From Perkinsus olseni (lineage: Eukaryota), in contig JABANN010000116.1 of NCBI GenBank assembly GCA_013115125.1, positions 1 through 64,000 on the forward strand: 64,000 nucleotides of DNA, written 5' to 3'. The translations under genes and the position numbers were made by a program. The notes below the pieces were generated by a model that saw only the letters and a list, made by a program, of their open reading frames with translations, was not told the origin of the DNA and ran no database searches. This document shows, piece after piece, positions 25,826 through 37,734 of this stretch (its first letter is position 1; every line of letters begins with the position of its first letter).

Positions 25826-27847
25826 ATGAGAGGTTGTGGGGCAGTCCGCGGTATCCAATGCTTCTCGTACGGGGCCTCAGGCTTCCTCTGTCTCACGTCC
25901 TGCGTGGTGACAGCCATTGCTAACTCCTTGATGAAGTTGGATGCGCTCCGTATTGAGGCAAAGGTGCAGCAGATGATATTGATGGACATGGATGAATGGG
26001 AACCTCCTCCAGTGTATAAACGGAGGCTTGTCGGGTAGTAGAAAGAGAGGGCCGATTCGGTGATGAGAATGAGATGAGGGCTACGGATTGCCCGAGCGGG
26101 CACCCTAAAGGCTTCTTCGGACGAGCAGCATGGACTGGGAATCCTGGCCCTACCGTGCAAGTATCGTTTGCCTCATCCATCATTCTGATGTCACGGGTCG
26201 TTGCGAGCTACGTTGGATGGCTGCTGACCCTTCAGGTTGGCGGTGGTATTCTACGTACTCTCGGCGGTGTTCGACTTCTGGTCGTTGGTCTACATCTCGA
26301 TGTCTATTCGTGCCTGCTCCTCGGGCCTTACCGTACCGGCCAATGCAGCTGTGGCCCGTGTTATGCTGGGGGAGGGTCTTTCCAGAGCACAGGTGATTTC
26401 ATCTGTCCTCATCACCATGCAAGATGAATGTCTTGGTCGGTCGGTCGGTCGGTCGGTCGGTCGGTCGGTCGGTCGGTCGGTCGGTCGGTCGGTCGGTCGG
26501 TCGGTCGCCTGTGACTACTGTCGGCGCTCCGACTTTAGTACCGTTTTGAGCATACTTGGCATATCGCGTGAGAACCGTCAGTGATATTCCTACTGGAGAC
26601 GCAGTGGATTTGAACTCACTCTCAATACCCATCAGTTTACTAGGACCGATGACTTTACTCGGGGACCATCCTCGTCGTAAACCCGGACTCTACCAACTTC
26701 GCGACCTTTACACCGCGCAGTGTTGGTCATCTCAGACGGTTGGCTCCATCCTGATAGTGCTAGGAGCGGTCTCAGCAATGGCTTTCGGGTCGTCCTCGGA
26801 TGATGGCGGTGGCTCGGATGAAAGCATAGCCGGACTGCTCTCCAGCGCTAGGTTTATAACTTTTGTTGGTAAGATGCGGGGGTTGAACTCGCGACCATCC
26901 GATAATTGAACGGGTAACTTATCGAGTTGGATATAGAGGCTCATTATCGTTTAGCGGCGACTTTCCCCTTCTACCTGCTGGCCTTCACGGTCTCCAAGTG
27001 GTCGATGAGGACACATGTGGCTATCGATGATCATATACCGGTCAGTCAAGCTCAGGTAGTCCCGAGGTGGAATCAAGCATCCGCAGCAGCCCTGGAATTC
27101 TCCTCTATCCGCACTCGCTAGGTTCACAAGCGTCGACTGCGCCGTGCTGTGGCTCTTCTCGCTCTGGCCTTCCTCGGTGGATACCAATCTGCTGTCACCG
27201 CTCTGGCTGGGAAGTTCGGCGCTCAGTACATTGCGATGGACGGCCTCGCAAGTAACGCTGACTCGCTGCTAGCCTCGATGATCGCAACTCTCGACGAGTT
27301 ATCGTTCTCGGAGTCCATTGAGTTCCACAGTGGTCGGTCTTCGCCTTTCTCCTCTTTTCAGCGTATCAGCCCTACCTATGCTTCAGCATAGTGCTAGTAT
27401 CATCGCTGATGCAGTTGACGTTCATGTCGTGGATGATGAGACAGTTCGATGCGGTGGTTTGCATACCGCCCTACCAAATCCTCCTCATGCTCTTTATGGT
27501 ATCTTTTGGAGCAGCGTGCTTCCAAGAAGTAGGTCGGATCTTATAATGCTCTCATTTTCGGAAGTCACTTCAACTCTGCCACGTGGGCTCATCATTTTCT
27601 AGGATGTGCTTCCTCTCTAGTTTAACCTGTTGTCAAGGTCATACCATCTTTTGGCCAGCTCTCAGCACCTCTATTCTAGGTGCCCAAGAACGTGCCGTGT
27701 TTCATGCTAGCCCTCGCCCTAGCCTGTGTGGGTATCGTATGCATGTCGATGGATACCGAGCATCACGACGCGAGATCGCCAATATCCGGCGCGCAAGAAC
27801 GCCCTCTGATGGTGGATACGTTAAGGCCGTCCGGACCAGTTCGGTGA
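25826..27847 (+). CDS. NIPA-family (DMT superfamily) magnesium transporter, multi-exon
   Basis: LCLTSCVVTAIANSLMK; VPANAAVARVMLGE; VGSILIVLGAVSAMAFG; MQLTFMSWMMRQFDAVVCIPPYQILLMLFMVSFGAACFQE; FMLALALACVGIVCM. Start exon uncertain. Confidence 0.8.
26435..26506 (+). repeat. (GGTC)18 microsatellite in a NIPA intron
   Basis: Perfect 72-nt tetranucleotide array. Confidence 0.95.
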
Positions 27848-28661
27848 TGAGACATGACTTTTGTACGATCAGACGTAGACTGAGAGGCGTTAATTGGATT
27901 TTGTTTGACTGCTCTGACTGTCTCATAAAACGCGTACATTGCCCTCGATGAGGTGTTTAGTTGCACAGTTGTGGTGATAGGCAATGGGACTGGCTCTTTC
28001 ATTTTCTATGAGGCTTGGATACGATTACGACCGTTGTGAGTGAGTAGACCTGTCTGGCCCTTGTTTCAAAGCCTTTGTTGTTGTTATTAACCGGGATAAT
28101 ATCCTCTTAGCGATTGCTGCGTTAAATGCAAATGTGAGATGCTGTCGAGAGATGCCGTCCGTGTTTTTGCAGAGACTACGCCATCACCGTCCGGATGACA
28201 CCTCAGTCGCGAGTTCGACGCTGACCGAGGCTGTTGGAATGGATCTTATGTATCCATGGGAGTTCCTCGCCAGAAGCAATGAGCGGTGACGTGAGCTTGC
28301 TACGGTGGCCCTTCGCTGGCTTGACGTAACTTATGAAGACGAATACCGTTGTGATGAACAACAACAACATGATGATGATGATGATGAGTCCACCGTCAGA
28401 CTGTCAACTTTCTTTAGGGATTGTAGAAGAAGGCGTAGACTTGGTGATTCTTTGAGTACGAGGAACCTGACCAATCGGACGGGGCATGGCAGTATTTTTT
28501 TCATAGTACCCTCCCTGCTTTACTGTCAAATACAGGTGATGGAAGACACTGCTCCAATCTGAGCCGCATAGCAGCGGTGTCTATAATACACTCAATTCAG
28601 TCGGGTGTCCCTCTCCTCGGTTACCGAGGATCGGTAGGGCGAGAGGCTAGCGATGGACTTA

Positions 28662-29767
28662 TCAGCGCCCATAACCCTTGGCCAGGGGACATGATAGTCC
28701 CGTACGTATCACTTGCCGAAAATTCATAGAGCGACAGCAGCCTAGACCCATACTGTGGGACTTACGACCAACATGTATGAAGTTGAGCTTGACGTATCTT
28801 TCTATCTCGTAGTCAGGTCGGTCTTTGCGGACAAGCGTGTACACTGCCATCACGTTCGGTTTCTTCTCGCGGATCTGCAAGGAACGATGGTTCTTCGGAA
28901 TTAGATGCGTTGCGGTGAAGTAATCCTGGCGAAGTTTACATGAGTAAGCGCTCTCGGGAGCAGCTCCCACCAAACTTTTGAAGCCAGTGCGAACTTGCGT
29001 CGGTAAGGCTTCACCCAGTCTGCGACTATGTAGGCCGCCGCCTGCGCCGGACTGTTTTTCTTCTGCTTTGTACTCGACGACGCCTTCGGAAGACTCTTCC
29101 TGAATGGCACCGATTATTCCATGGGAATAATTCCATTCCAAAGATGATTGAGTTTATCTTCCTGAGAGCCCCCTCGAGACTTAAAGCTCATCGAACAATC
29201 GTCCGATGGTATGATCACTGATCATCGCTTAGCCCCCCCCCCTCCCCAACGCAGTTGGCACTGTTACATTGCCCGGTACGGTACGATAGGTACGGTACGG
29301 TACGGTACGGTACGGTAGGCCTACATTTGGGAAGACACACAGCTCGGAATTTCCTTCGCCAGCTTCATCTCCCACTCCACCCCCCCAAGGACAGCCTGAC
29401 AGAGAACACGGACAGTATGGGCCTTCACCGGTCCTTTGTCTCATGTTAAGAACAGCGGCCATCTCACCTGATTCTTCGAGGCATTCGGGTTGATTGCTAA
29501 GAAGAAATAGTGAGGGTTGGGACTCCATGTTGCATTATGATGCATGACGTCGCCATCAATCTTCGGCCTGTACACGACTATGTCGTCCTCTGTCGTCGTC
29601 GGGAGAGGAGGAGGCTGAGTACTCTCCTCCGGACCCGCCCCTCTAGCCGAAGGTAGCTCGACGTGAGCTCCTAGGTCCAAATGATGAGAACCGCGCTTTG
29701 AAGTCGCCCGCTTTCTTGACAGAAGGCCGAGGTGCACCAGATTCGCCAATACGATGATGAGCCTCAT
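28662..29767 (-). CDS. GNAT-like paralog 3 with divergent acetyl-CoA motif
   Basis: MRLIIVLANLVHLGLLSRKRA; AAYIVADWVKPYRRKFALASKVWWELLPRAL; IREKKPNVMAVYTLVRKDRPDYEIERYVKLNF. The 3' end is approximate. Confidence 0.65.
29274..29317 (+). repeat. Imperfect (CGGTA)n microsatellite, intronic
   Basis: cggtacggtacgataggtacggtacggta... Confidence 0.9.
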
Positions 29768-30402
29768 CCACACAGGGAAAACTGCGCACAGTTCCTTCAG
29801 CAATCACCTCGTACTGGGTGTAGCTGGGAAAATACCCGTCACAATCAGCCACGGAGCGTGGGGGATTTCTTGGAAGAGCCCTCATCGAGCGTTGGGCCTC
29901 TCGAGCTTCCTGGGCGGGCGAGGGGAGCCCCTGTGGAGGGTGTGCAACATTTTCATAGTCCTCACAGTGGCTGGATAAATTTCACTGAAAATGTGCACTA
30001 CTGGTACGACTGAACTGTTGGTGACATGCCGGAGGACTTGCGCGACTTTTCTTCAGCCGCTATTTCCTTGAATGGTAGCCCGACCATACCAGGGAGATGC
30101 GGTGCAGTAGGGCAGGAGGATGATCAGTCTTCTCAGTTCGTGGTGGATGATTTCACAGCATCTTCTCACGCGATCAGTCTGTCGGCTTCCGCAGTTGTTT
30201 CTCAGTCTCTTATATGCGGTCGACATTTACTCGTCCTTTCATCGCCCTGACAGCACTCCTAGCGGCCTTACTGTCTCTAATACTGTAGGTAGGGTGGAAT
30301 CGTGAGGGTATCGAGTCACCATCTCCGTGAGAAGTGGCTTGGCTAGCTCCCCTTGCAACCGCAGGTGCAACTCGGGCGTCAGGTATGACTTCAATTACAT
30401 CG
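29691..30402. repeat. Segmental duplication, copy 1 (partner 34424-35190): GNAT 5' end, intergenic region and ABHD12 5' end
   Basis: Long near-identical stretches, e.g. gggtgtagctgggaaaatacccgtcacaatcagccacggagcg and tcaggtatgacttcaattacatcg. Confidence 0.9.
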
Positions 30403-30754
30403 GCCTATGCTTCAGCAAAGTGATAGTATCATCGCTGATGCAGTTGACGTTCATGTCGTGGATGATGAGGTAGCTCGATGCGGTGGTTTGTATACCGCCC
30501 TACCGAATCCTCCTCATGCTCTTCATGGTATCTTTTGGAGTAGCGTGCTTCCAAGAAGTAGGTTGCATCTCATAATGCTTTGATTCTTGGAAGTCACTCC
30601 AACTCTGCCACATGAGCTCATCATTTTCTAGGATGTGCTTGTTTTCTATCCTAACCTGTTATGAAGGTCATACCATCTTCTGGCCAACTCTCAGCGCCTC
30701 TATCCCTGGTACCGAAGAACGTGCCGCGTTTCATGCTGGCCCTCGCCCTAGCCT
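30214..30754 (+). pseudogene. Chimeric ABHD12(5')-NIPA(3') pseudogene
   Basis: Exon 1 MRSTFTRPFIALTALLAALLSLIL and exon 2 RYDFNYI are joined in frame to a 351-bp copy (30404-30754) of NIPA 27375-27725. TAG at 30471-30473 replaces CAG. Confidence 0.8.
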
Positions 30755-31249
30755 TTTCATTTCCTGTTTTACTCCGATCGTCGAATCGTGTTGAAGTCGA
30801 GCCGGGTTCGCTGATGTCGCCTCTACCACGCTGGCCTTGTTATTCTTTCAACTGCTGGTGAAGTCGTAGCATTCATTACTTCAAGGGTCCCCAATGAACC
30901 GACGGACTTGTTCTGGCCCGCGCCCGTGGCTCGCCTGCCTCCCTCATCAGCTTACTCCATGCACTTATCCTCGGTGGTTCGCTACCTGCTGATAAGAGGA
31001 GGATCGGGCAGCACTGCAACAGTAGATGTCATCGTTGATATCGTACACAGAACGTGATTTCACCACGCCAGAGTGCTACAGTGAACTGGAGCATGTTATG
31101 GGCCATGCTCTACGTTAGCTGACCTAACCAGGGGCCTTCCCCGAGTTCACGGCCAATCGACTCGTTAGTTGGTTCGGCTAGGCAAGGGACTCTGGTTGGT
31201 GAGCTCTACCTTGGCCCCAGTGTTCAGTTTTTTTTGTTCATGGAAACCA

Positions 31250-32751
31250 ATGACTGAGGATCGAACCACTCCGCGAAAGCAACAAAGGAGGCTATCACTA
31301 CTGCAGTCATTTTTGGTCGTCGTCTTGCCTATCATCATCGCCTCCGTCCTGTAACCTCGTGCTTCCCTCCAAGCTTGCTGCCGCTGGCCATCATTTCGTT
31401 CTCAGATACGATCCCACTACTGTGGTCACGGGGCTCATCCACTTGCATTTCGTCCATTGGCCCACCAGAATTTGGCCGTTGGATAACCCCGAGAGGGACT
31501 TTGGTTTGGTTGGCGCACGAAATTACAGAATCCGCAGCGGCGACGCCGAGCTGGGGTTGTGGCATGTGAGTCGTGCCACGAGGCGGGATGCTCTAGGCTG
31601 GATTTATCCCTTCCTCCACTTTTTGATTTCCCATGGTGTCAGGTACCCCCGGCTGACGGTAACAAAGGGAAGCGTGTTGTTGTGTAGGCCTTTGGGAGAA
31701 GGCATGCGGGAATCTTTCGATGGTGCCCCCGAATCAAAGTGAAGCTTGGTCTGTTGTAGTTACTTCCACGGCCAAGCTGGTGCTAGAGAGCATGGCCACC
31801 GGGTGGAGCTCTACCGGCATCTTTCGAGGGACATGGACACTCATGTGGTCACCGCGGATCTCAGGGGGTGTGCTCTCGACCGTTTGGAAGATTCACTTCG
31901 ACCTATCGTGTCCAGGTACGGCGACTCCGCAGGATTCCCTTTTGTCGAGGGCATCACCGAGGATATCAAGACCGTCACAGACTGGGCCATCGACAACGTG
32001 GCGAGGAAGCTTGATGTAGCGAACTGGCGAATAAGACTACCCGACACGACTGGGAATTCCAACAGATACCGATCTACATGTACGGTCATTCTCTGGGCGG
32101 TCCACAGGCTGTTTATGCCGCCCTGCATGCCCTAGACAGAGAACAGAAAGTGGGTTGTTGTTGTTGTTGTTGTTGCGCTCCAGAGCAACGTCCCTGGGGA
32201 CCACGGCTCCTCAGGTCAATGGCGTTATACTAGAATCGACATTCTCGAGCTTCGAGGAGGTTGCAGCTGACCACATCTCTACCTGGTTCCTCTGGATCTT
32301 CCCCCGATCCATCCGACTGGACATCATCCGATGGGGATTCTCGTAACGTTCCTCCTGCTCACGGGGTGTCTAGCTTAGCCATGTTGTATGTGTGCAGGTT
32401 CGCCCTTCAAGGGTCGGACTTCCGCTTCGACACAGCAAGGCTACTGCAAGACCTACGCAGACGCGATCCATCCATACCGATCGTCAGTTTCCATGGTGAA
32501 ACCCGGCTATCGGTTCAGCCTCGGCCCCCACTCTCGTCGAGCCCCCCATCAGTCTGTGTGCATCAGGCACGAAAGACTGGGAGATATCTCCTCACGCTAT
32601 GGACAAGTTGGCAGCTTGTGTCGATAATGTCAACTACACCAGAGTCCCGATCCAAGGGGGTGGCCATAGCACCCTTATCTACCCTCCTCAAGGGAAGCAG
32701 TTCCTCGCGGCTCTCAAGGACTGGTTCTACAGCGTGGAAGGAAGTCGATGA
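31250..32751 (+). CDS. ABHD12-like alpha/beta serine hydrolase, paralog A
   Basis: N-terminal TM; YFHGQAGAREHGHRVELY; DLRGYGDS; YGHSLGG nucleophile; ILESTFSS; FHGTKD; GGGHS. Confidence 0.9.
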
Positions 32752-33552
32752 TTATCTGCTTTAACGGCCTTCTTTTCTGTTACGATGGACGAACTGAGTT
32801 CTAGTAGAGGCAACAGGCCTTCCGGCCCTAGCCTAGGCCCTCCACTTCCGTTGCCACGACGCTAGTAGCGCTTTACTGAGCGACGTGATCGCTCTCGGGC
32901 GGGCGCTCGATTGAGGTTATTGTTTTCCCTGAGCCTCGTTGTTTTCCGGAATGGTGAGAAGTGTTGAGCTTATCCGTGGTGTGCCGAAGGATTAACTGAG
33001 GGCTGAGAAAATGAGGGGCTAGCTGGCCCCGGGTTCCCTCTTAGGGAGCAGCGGACCTTCCCTCAGGGCCTTCTCGCTGGAGTTGAGCAATTCATTCAGA
33101 CAGGCGGTGCGGGTTGAACGCTGGCACGAGGACCTTTCGTAACGGAGGAGCATTGCAGCTAGGAGGAGTTGGTGAGGCATTGATGTCCAGGTAGAGCAGG
33201 ACGAAGGTCGTCCTCGAAAGCTCTGGCCCAGTTAGCCCATGGCCTCTTCAACCGTAGCGCCGAAATGTATCCGCTTACTGCCGCTGGATCCTCCGCCCAG
33301 TCGTCGTCATTCCCTCCGTTCGTGTCCTTCGAGCATCCTGTCCTGCTCCAACAAGCTCAATTGACTCTCGTTTTTCCAACCAACCCTGCTCTGACTACTC
33401 ATCAACATGAAGAGCTGGTAATGACTAATATCACAGTCTTGTGGTTCACAGCACATCACAGCAACATGTTATTGTTTCAGTTGCACCTCTCATGGCCGGT
33501 TGTCGTAGAAGTAAGCATAAACACGGTACTGTTCGCTCCACCAGTCACCTGA

Positions 33553-34503
33553 TCATACAATTCTACCATCCTTCGTCGTCACGTTCAGCTCGAGGCCATC
33601 ACATTGCGCCCAAGCGACGACGTTGATAGTTTGCGGGTGTGATCGGATATGAAGGACATCCTCGTCACTACGACACAGACGGGGCGGTGAAGAGATTGTG
33701 ATGCCACCGGGAGAGGGGAACAGTATCATGAGATTTCCCCCGAGAGTCCTGGTGGACTCACATCCGACTGAAGTGAAGTTGGATTTCTCGTAGTGTTGTA
33801 TAACGAATGCATCGCTTCGGTCGACGAGAACGTAGGCGGCCATAATGCTTGGTACTTCGGCACGGACCTGTAGGAATAGCTCGAGAGTTGGTGTCGTGTT
33901 GTCAGCAGCAGCAGCAGCAGCAGTGCTGAGGGTTGACAAGGTTACGTTTACTTTATCGAGAGCTCTGGGGAGCATTTCACTGCGAAGCCGGGCAGCCAAG
34001 ACATGTAGCCTGTGCCATGAAGGGATGACCCACTCCGAGCTTATGTAAGCCACCACGGCATCCTCACGAGACGTCTTCCTGAAAGGGACGGCCTGGCCTT
34101 CGAAAGCCTGAAGTGCCCCCCTCACATCCTGGTCAAGATACATTCGGGTATGTCTTTGGCAAGCTTCCATTTCACCTCTCCTATAACAGCCTGACAGGTT
34201 GAAGGGCACGCTACGTTGAAGGGGATAGGGTGGGGCAAAAGGAGCACTTCCAACGCTCACCTTCTCTTTCGGAGCATCTGGGTCAATTGCTAAGACGTGG
34301 TGTGGGTCGAACCCTCCCAGAATATCAGAATGGAGGAGGCCGCCATCCCTGCCTGATGTGTACACGATCTTGGAGAAGTTGAAAGCCTCTCGTTGTTCGC
34401 CCTGGGTCGGTAGCGGCGGAGGGCCGCGCTTTGAAGCCGCCCGTTTTTTTCTTGACAGAAGGCCGAGGTGTACTAGGTTCGTCAATACGATGATGAGCCT
34501 CAT
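33553..34503 (-). CDS. GNAT-like paralog 4 with divergent acetyl-CoA motif
   Basis: MRLIIVLTNLVHLGLLSRKKRA; DAVVAYISSEWVIPSWHR...MLPRALDK; IMAAYVLVDRSDAFVIQHYEKSNF. Probable introns read through in the 337-aa ORF. Confidence 0.7.
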   Translation of the reverse strand: MRLIIVLTNLVHLGLLSRKKRAASKRGPPPLPTQGEQREAFNFSKIVYTSGRDGGLLHSDILGGFDPHHVLAIDPDAPKEKVSVGSAPFAPPYPLQRSVPFNLSGCYRRGEMEACQRHTRMYLDQDVRGALQAFEGQAVPFRKTSREDAVVAYISSEWVIPSWHRLHVLAARLRSEMLPRALDKVNVTLSTLSTAAAAAADNTTPTLELFLQVRAEVPSIMAAYVLVDRSDAFVIQHYEKSNFTSVGCESTRTLGGNLMILFPSPGGITISSPPRLCRSDEDVLHIRSHPQTINVVAWAQCDGLELNVTTKDGRIV

Positions 34504-35190
34504 CGACACAGTAAAAACTGAGCACAATACTTCTGCGCTGGGTGTAGCTGGGAAAATACCCGTCACAATCAGCCACGGAGCGCGGGGGATTTCTTGGAAG
34601 AGCCCTCATCGAGCGATGGGCCCCTTCGAGCTTCCTGGGCGGGCGAGGGCAGCCACTGTGGAGGACGTGAAGAATTTCATAGTCCTCACCGTGGCTGTGG
34701 TATATGCGCCGAAAATTTGCACTACTGGTAGGAGCCTGTCATCTTGAATGTGACCCACGAGAGGTGTGAAGTTAGCAGTGCTGTAAGACAAGCGCTCCTG
34801 CACTGTTGGTGGCATGCCGGGGGACTTGGGGTTCCAATTTAGCCGCTATGTCCCTGCATAATGCGCAATCGTAGTGACGAGATCGGTCCAGTAGGGCTTT
34901 GGAATCAGTGGTGAGCCTCCTCGACTCGTTGTGGGTGATACCACAGCATGTCCCCACGCGATCGGTCTGTCGGCTTCCGCAGTTGTTTCTCAGTCTCTAA
35001 TATGCGGCCGATTCTTCCTCGCCCTTTCATCGCCCTGACAGCACTCTTAGCGGCCTTACTGTCTCTAATACTGTAGGTAGGCTGGACTCGTGAGAGCTTC
35101 GAGTAACCATCTCGGTGAGGAGCGCCTCGGTTAGCTCCCTTTGTAAGCGCCGGTGTATCTCGAGCATCAGGTATGACTTCAATTACATCG
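34424..35190. repeat. Segmental duplication, copy 2 (partner 29691-30402)
   Basis: Direct alignment by eye. Confidence 0.9.
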
Positions 35191-36515
35191 TTGTGTCTCT
35201 CATCCACCTCGACTTCGCTCACGCACCGAGTAGTATCAGCCCACTGACCGACCCGGCGGTCTCTTCCGGTCTACAAGGGGCGCACAACTATCGAGTCCAG
35301 AGTGGGAATGAGTCCCTCGGCGTCTGGCTGGTAAGGCTCCTCTTTCTTCGGGGTATCACTGCGCTCCATCAGATACCCGCCAATAACGCCACCAAACCGG
35401 CCGAGCGAGCCGTCATGTACGACGTGCTGTCGCGCCCACCACACGCCCGTTTTCAGATACTTCCATGGGCAGGCTGGCAGCCGCGGTCAAGGCCATCGCA
35501 TCAAACTGTACAAGATGCTCGCCAACAGGCTCAGTGCTACCGTAGTTGCCTTCGACTTGAGAGGGTGATACCTTCGCTCGACTGGTCCGCCAGACGAGAG
35601 CTGTCGCTGGGTAGGTATGGCGACTCGACAGGAACCCCCTGGACGAGTGGAGTTCTCGAGGACATTCGAACGATTGTAGATTGGACTGGGAAGATGCTTG
35701 ACAATAATACGGTGAGGGATAGGAAATCACTTCTGCCCCAAGTGAACTGGAATGCACTTTATCTGCATCAAGCGGGCCTTTGCTGTAGCAGTACCTCTTG
35801 TCTCCACAGTTACCCGTGTACCTGTACGGCCATTCGCTGGGAGGCCCCCAGGCGCTGTACGCGGCACGGTATATGGTGAAGACGGGACGACGGGTAGGGT
35901 TCTCAGCAGCGCCATGAGGTCCATCTACTGCCGCTGTTCATAGGTGTCTGGTTGCATTCTCGAGTCGACCTTCGTAGAGTTCCCGAGGACGGCTGCTCAG
36001 CACCCAATGACCCTCCCGCTTTGGTTTCTACCCGTGGACACCCGTACTCGGCTCCTGGCCTCTCTCATGGAGTAGATCACGCCAGCGCTGCCGTATTCCC
36101 GGGATTCTTCCCCTCCCTGTCAGACCTGCGATGAAGGACCCGACCCGGTTCGATTATTACACAGGAAGGCAGCTGCGACTTCTGCGGCTCGAGGCTCCCG
36201 GGATGCCTGTCATCAATTTCCATGGTACGCCAGGGGCCTCTCTTCCAAGGACGGCACCGCCCTGTATTTGGCTCGAAGTCAGCAAGTCCCTTTCGGGGTT
36301 TCGTCATACCTTGTCCAGGTTTATCCGACTGGCAAATACCCCCAGAGAATGCCCGAGCCCTGAAGGAGTCCGTCGGAGGCGTCGACTATACGACTGTCTT
36401 CATCAACGGCGGCGGCCATTCCGACCTTCACACTGGCGATCACCAGGACCAAATGGTCCGGGCTCTTCGAGAGTGGTTCCCACAGACGGCAAACCGATCC
36501 TCCACTGTTTACTAA
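35002..36515 (+). CDS. ABHD12-like serine hydrolase, paralog B
   Basis: MRPILPRPFIALTALLAALLSLIL; YFHGQAGSRGQGHRIKLY; YGDSTGTP; YGHSLGG; FHGLSD; GGGHSDL. Confidence 0.9.
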
Positions 36516-36935
36516 TCAGCAGCATCTCGATCTTTATGCTCATCGAGCCGTGTTGTGTAGCCGACCGCCATTGTCGATTCCGTCGGGCAAGTCCCAGCCA
36601 CCTTGCTTGCACGTGATCGGACTTTGCACGCATGCACATAGTCTGGAGGCAAGAATTAGCGCCACCGCGGAATCAAATTGAGCAAATTCACGTGGATCGT
36701 GATGATACTGGGATACTCTTCAGAACGTGGCGAAACCCGGTAGATGACATTGCCATCTCTCGCCTCAGTTAACTTCTGTTCCTTTTTTGTTAAGCACCAT
36801 AAATGTTCGACGATATTTCCACTCAGCGACTTCACAGCCCCTCCACTGATTACGTAAGGCAGTTGATGGAGCGGACATCGACGCTGTGCCTCCGTACCTC
36901 AGGCCTATCCAACGGTAGAAGATGTGGAGAGGAAG

Positions 36936-37734
36936 ATGGAACATAGACATGATACTTCCAAGGGTGCCATCGTACACGAGAGGGTAGGCTGCTTTCTGGG
37001 CCAATCCCCATGCCAAGCTTTTCGGCGTTGGTTCATTCTTCGAGGTGTTTGAGAGTCGGAGGTGCTTCGCTGATGATCAAGCGTGTTCGCTATAGATACC
37101 GCGTCTACCTTTGGACCAGCAGCCTATCATCGGCATGTCCCACCAGACGTTCGAGACCGGCAACATGGTCGATGTGGTCTCCCATCGCGATGATACCTCA
37201 TCAGAGTTCCAGTATGCACACGACCATCCTGCTGCTCTGTCGAAGGGCCTGCAGCCTGGAACAGGGCGATTTCAACGCGATCCGGTTGTCCTGCCAAGCC
37301 GCGCTGAGGCGGCGCCCTCACCCAGTGAGGCCTACGGCCATTCTGCTGTTGTGGAGACGGTGACCTCCTACCCTCCCCGCGGAAGGCCTGGCTTCGCGAA
37401 CAAGGGTCCTGAATTCGACGGTCTAGTGTGGGAGAAGAGCAAGGCTGATGAATGCCTTGGCCATCGTGAGAACTGTACTGCTCATGATCTAGCTCTCATG
37501 CATAATGAGTTCAATCTCGACGATGCCAACAGGGTGAAGAAATACGGCCTGTCCTCCTGTACGCTGGACAGGGAGCAGCACAAGGCCCTCATCCGCGATG
37601 AGGATGCCCTCAATCACCATCACAGAGAGCCCGTGGCCCACTTCTTCAGCAACCCCGTCATCACCTATGAGAACCATATTCTGGCGCAGCAGATCTACGC
37701 CGACAAGCACGCTAAGGTAGCTGGTCAGGCCTGA
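36936..37734 (+). CDS. Hypothetical protein (~230 aa, two exons)
   Basis: 207-aa ORF preceded by a plausible exon MEHRHDTSKGAIVHER|gtagg...tag|IPRLPLDQ. Confidence 0.65.

Noticed and set aside
26435-26506. Tandem array as possible CRISPR or coding repeat (GRSV/DRPT)
   Set aside because: Simple intronic microsatellite with no spacers, in a eukaryotic context.
21634-30473. In-frame TAGs as a sign of stop-codon reassignment
   Set aside because: Both occur in duplicated, decaying copies. TAG appears to end intact genes (SURF2, Mei2-like), and conserved exons lack internal stops.
27375-30754. 351-bp repeat first taken for a mobile element inserted twice
   Set aside because: It translates as the 3' exons of the NIPA transporter, so it is a duplicated gene fragment.
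32800-33340. Coding-like minus-strand fragments between ABHD-A and GNAT-4
   Set aside because: Stop-ridden with no identifiable motif; cannot support a call.
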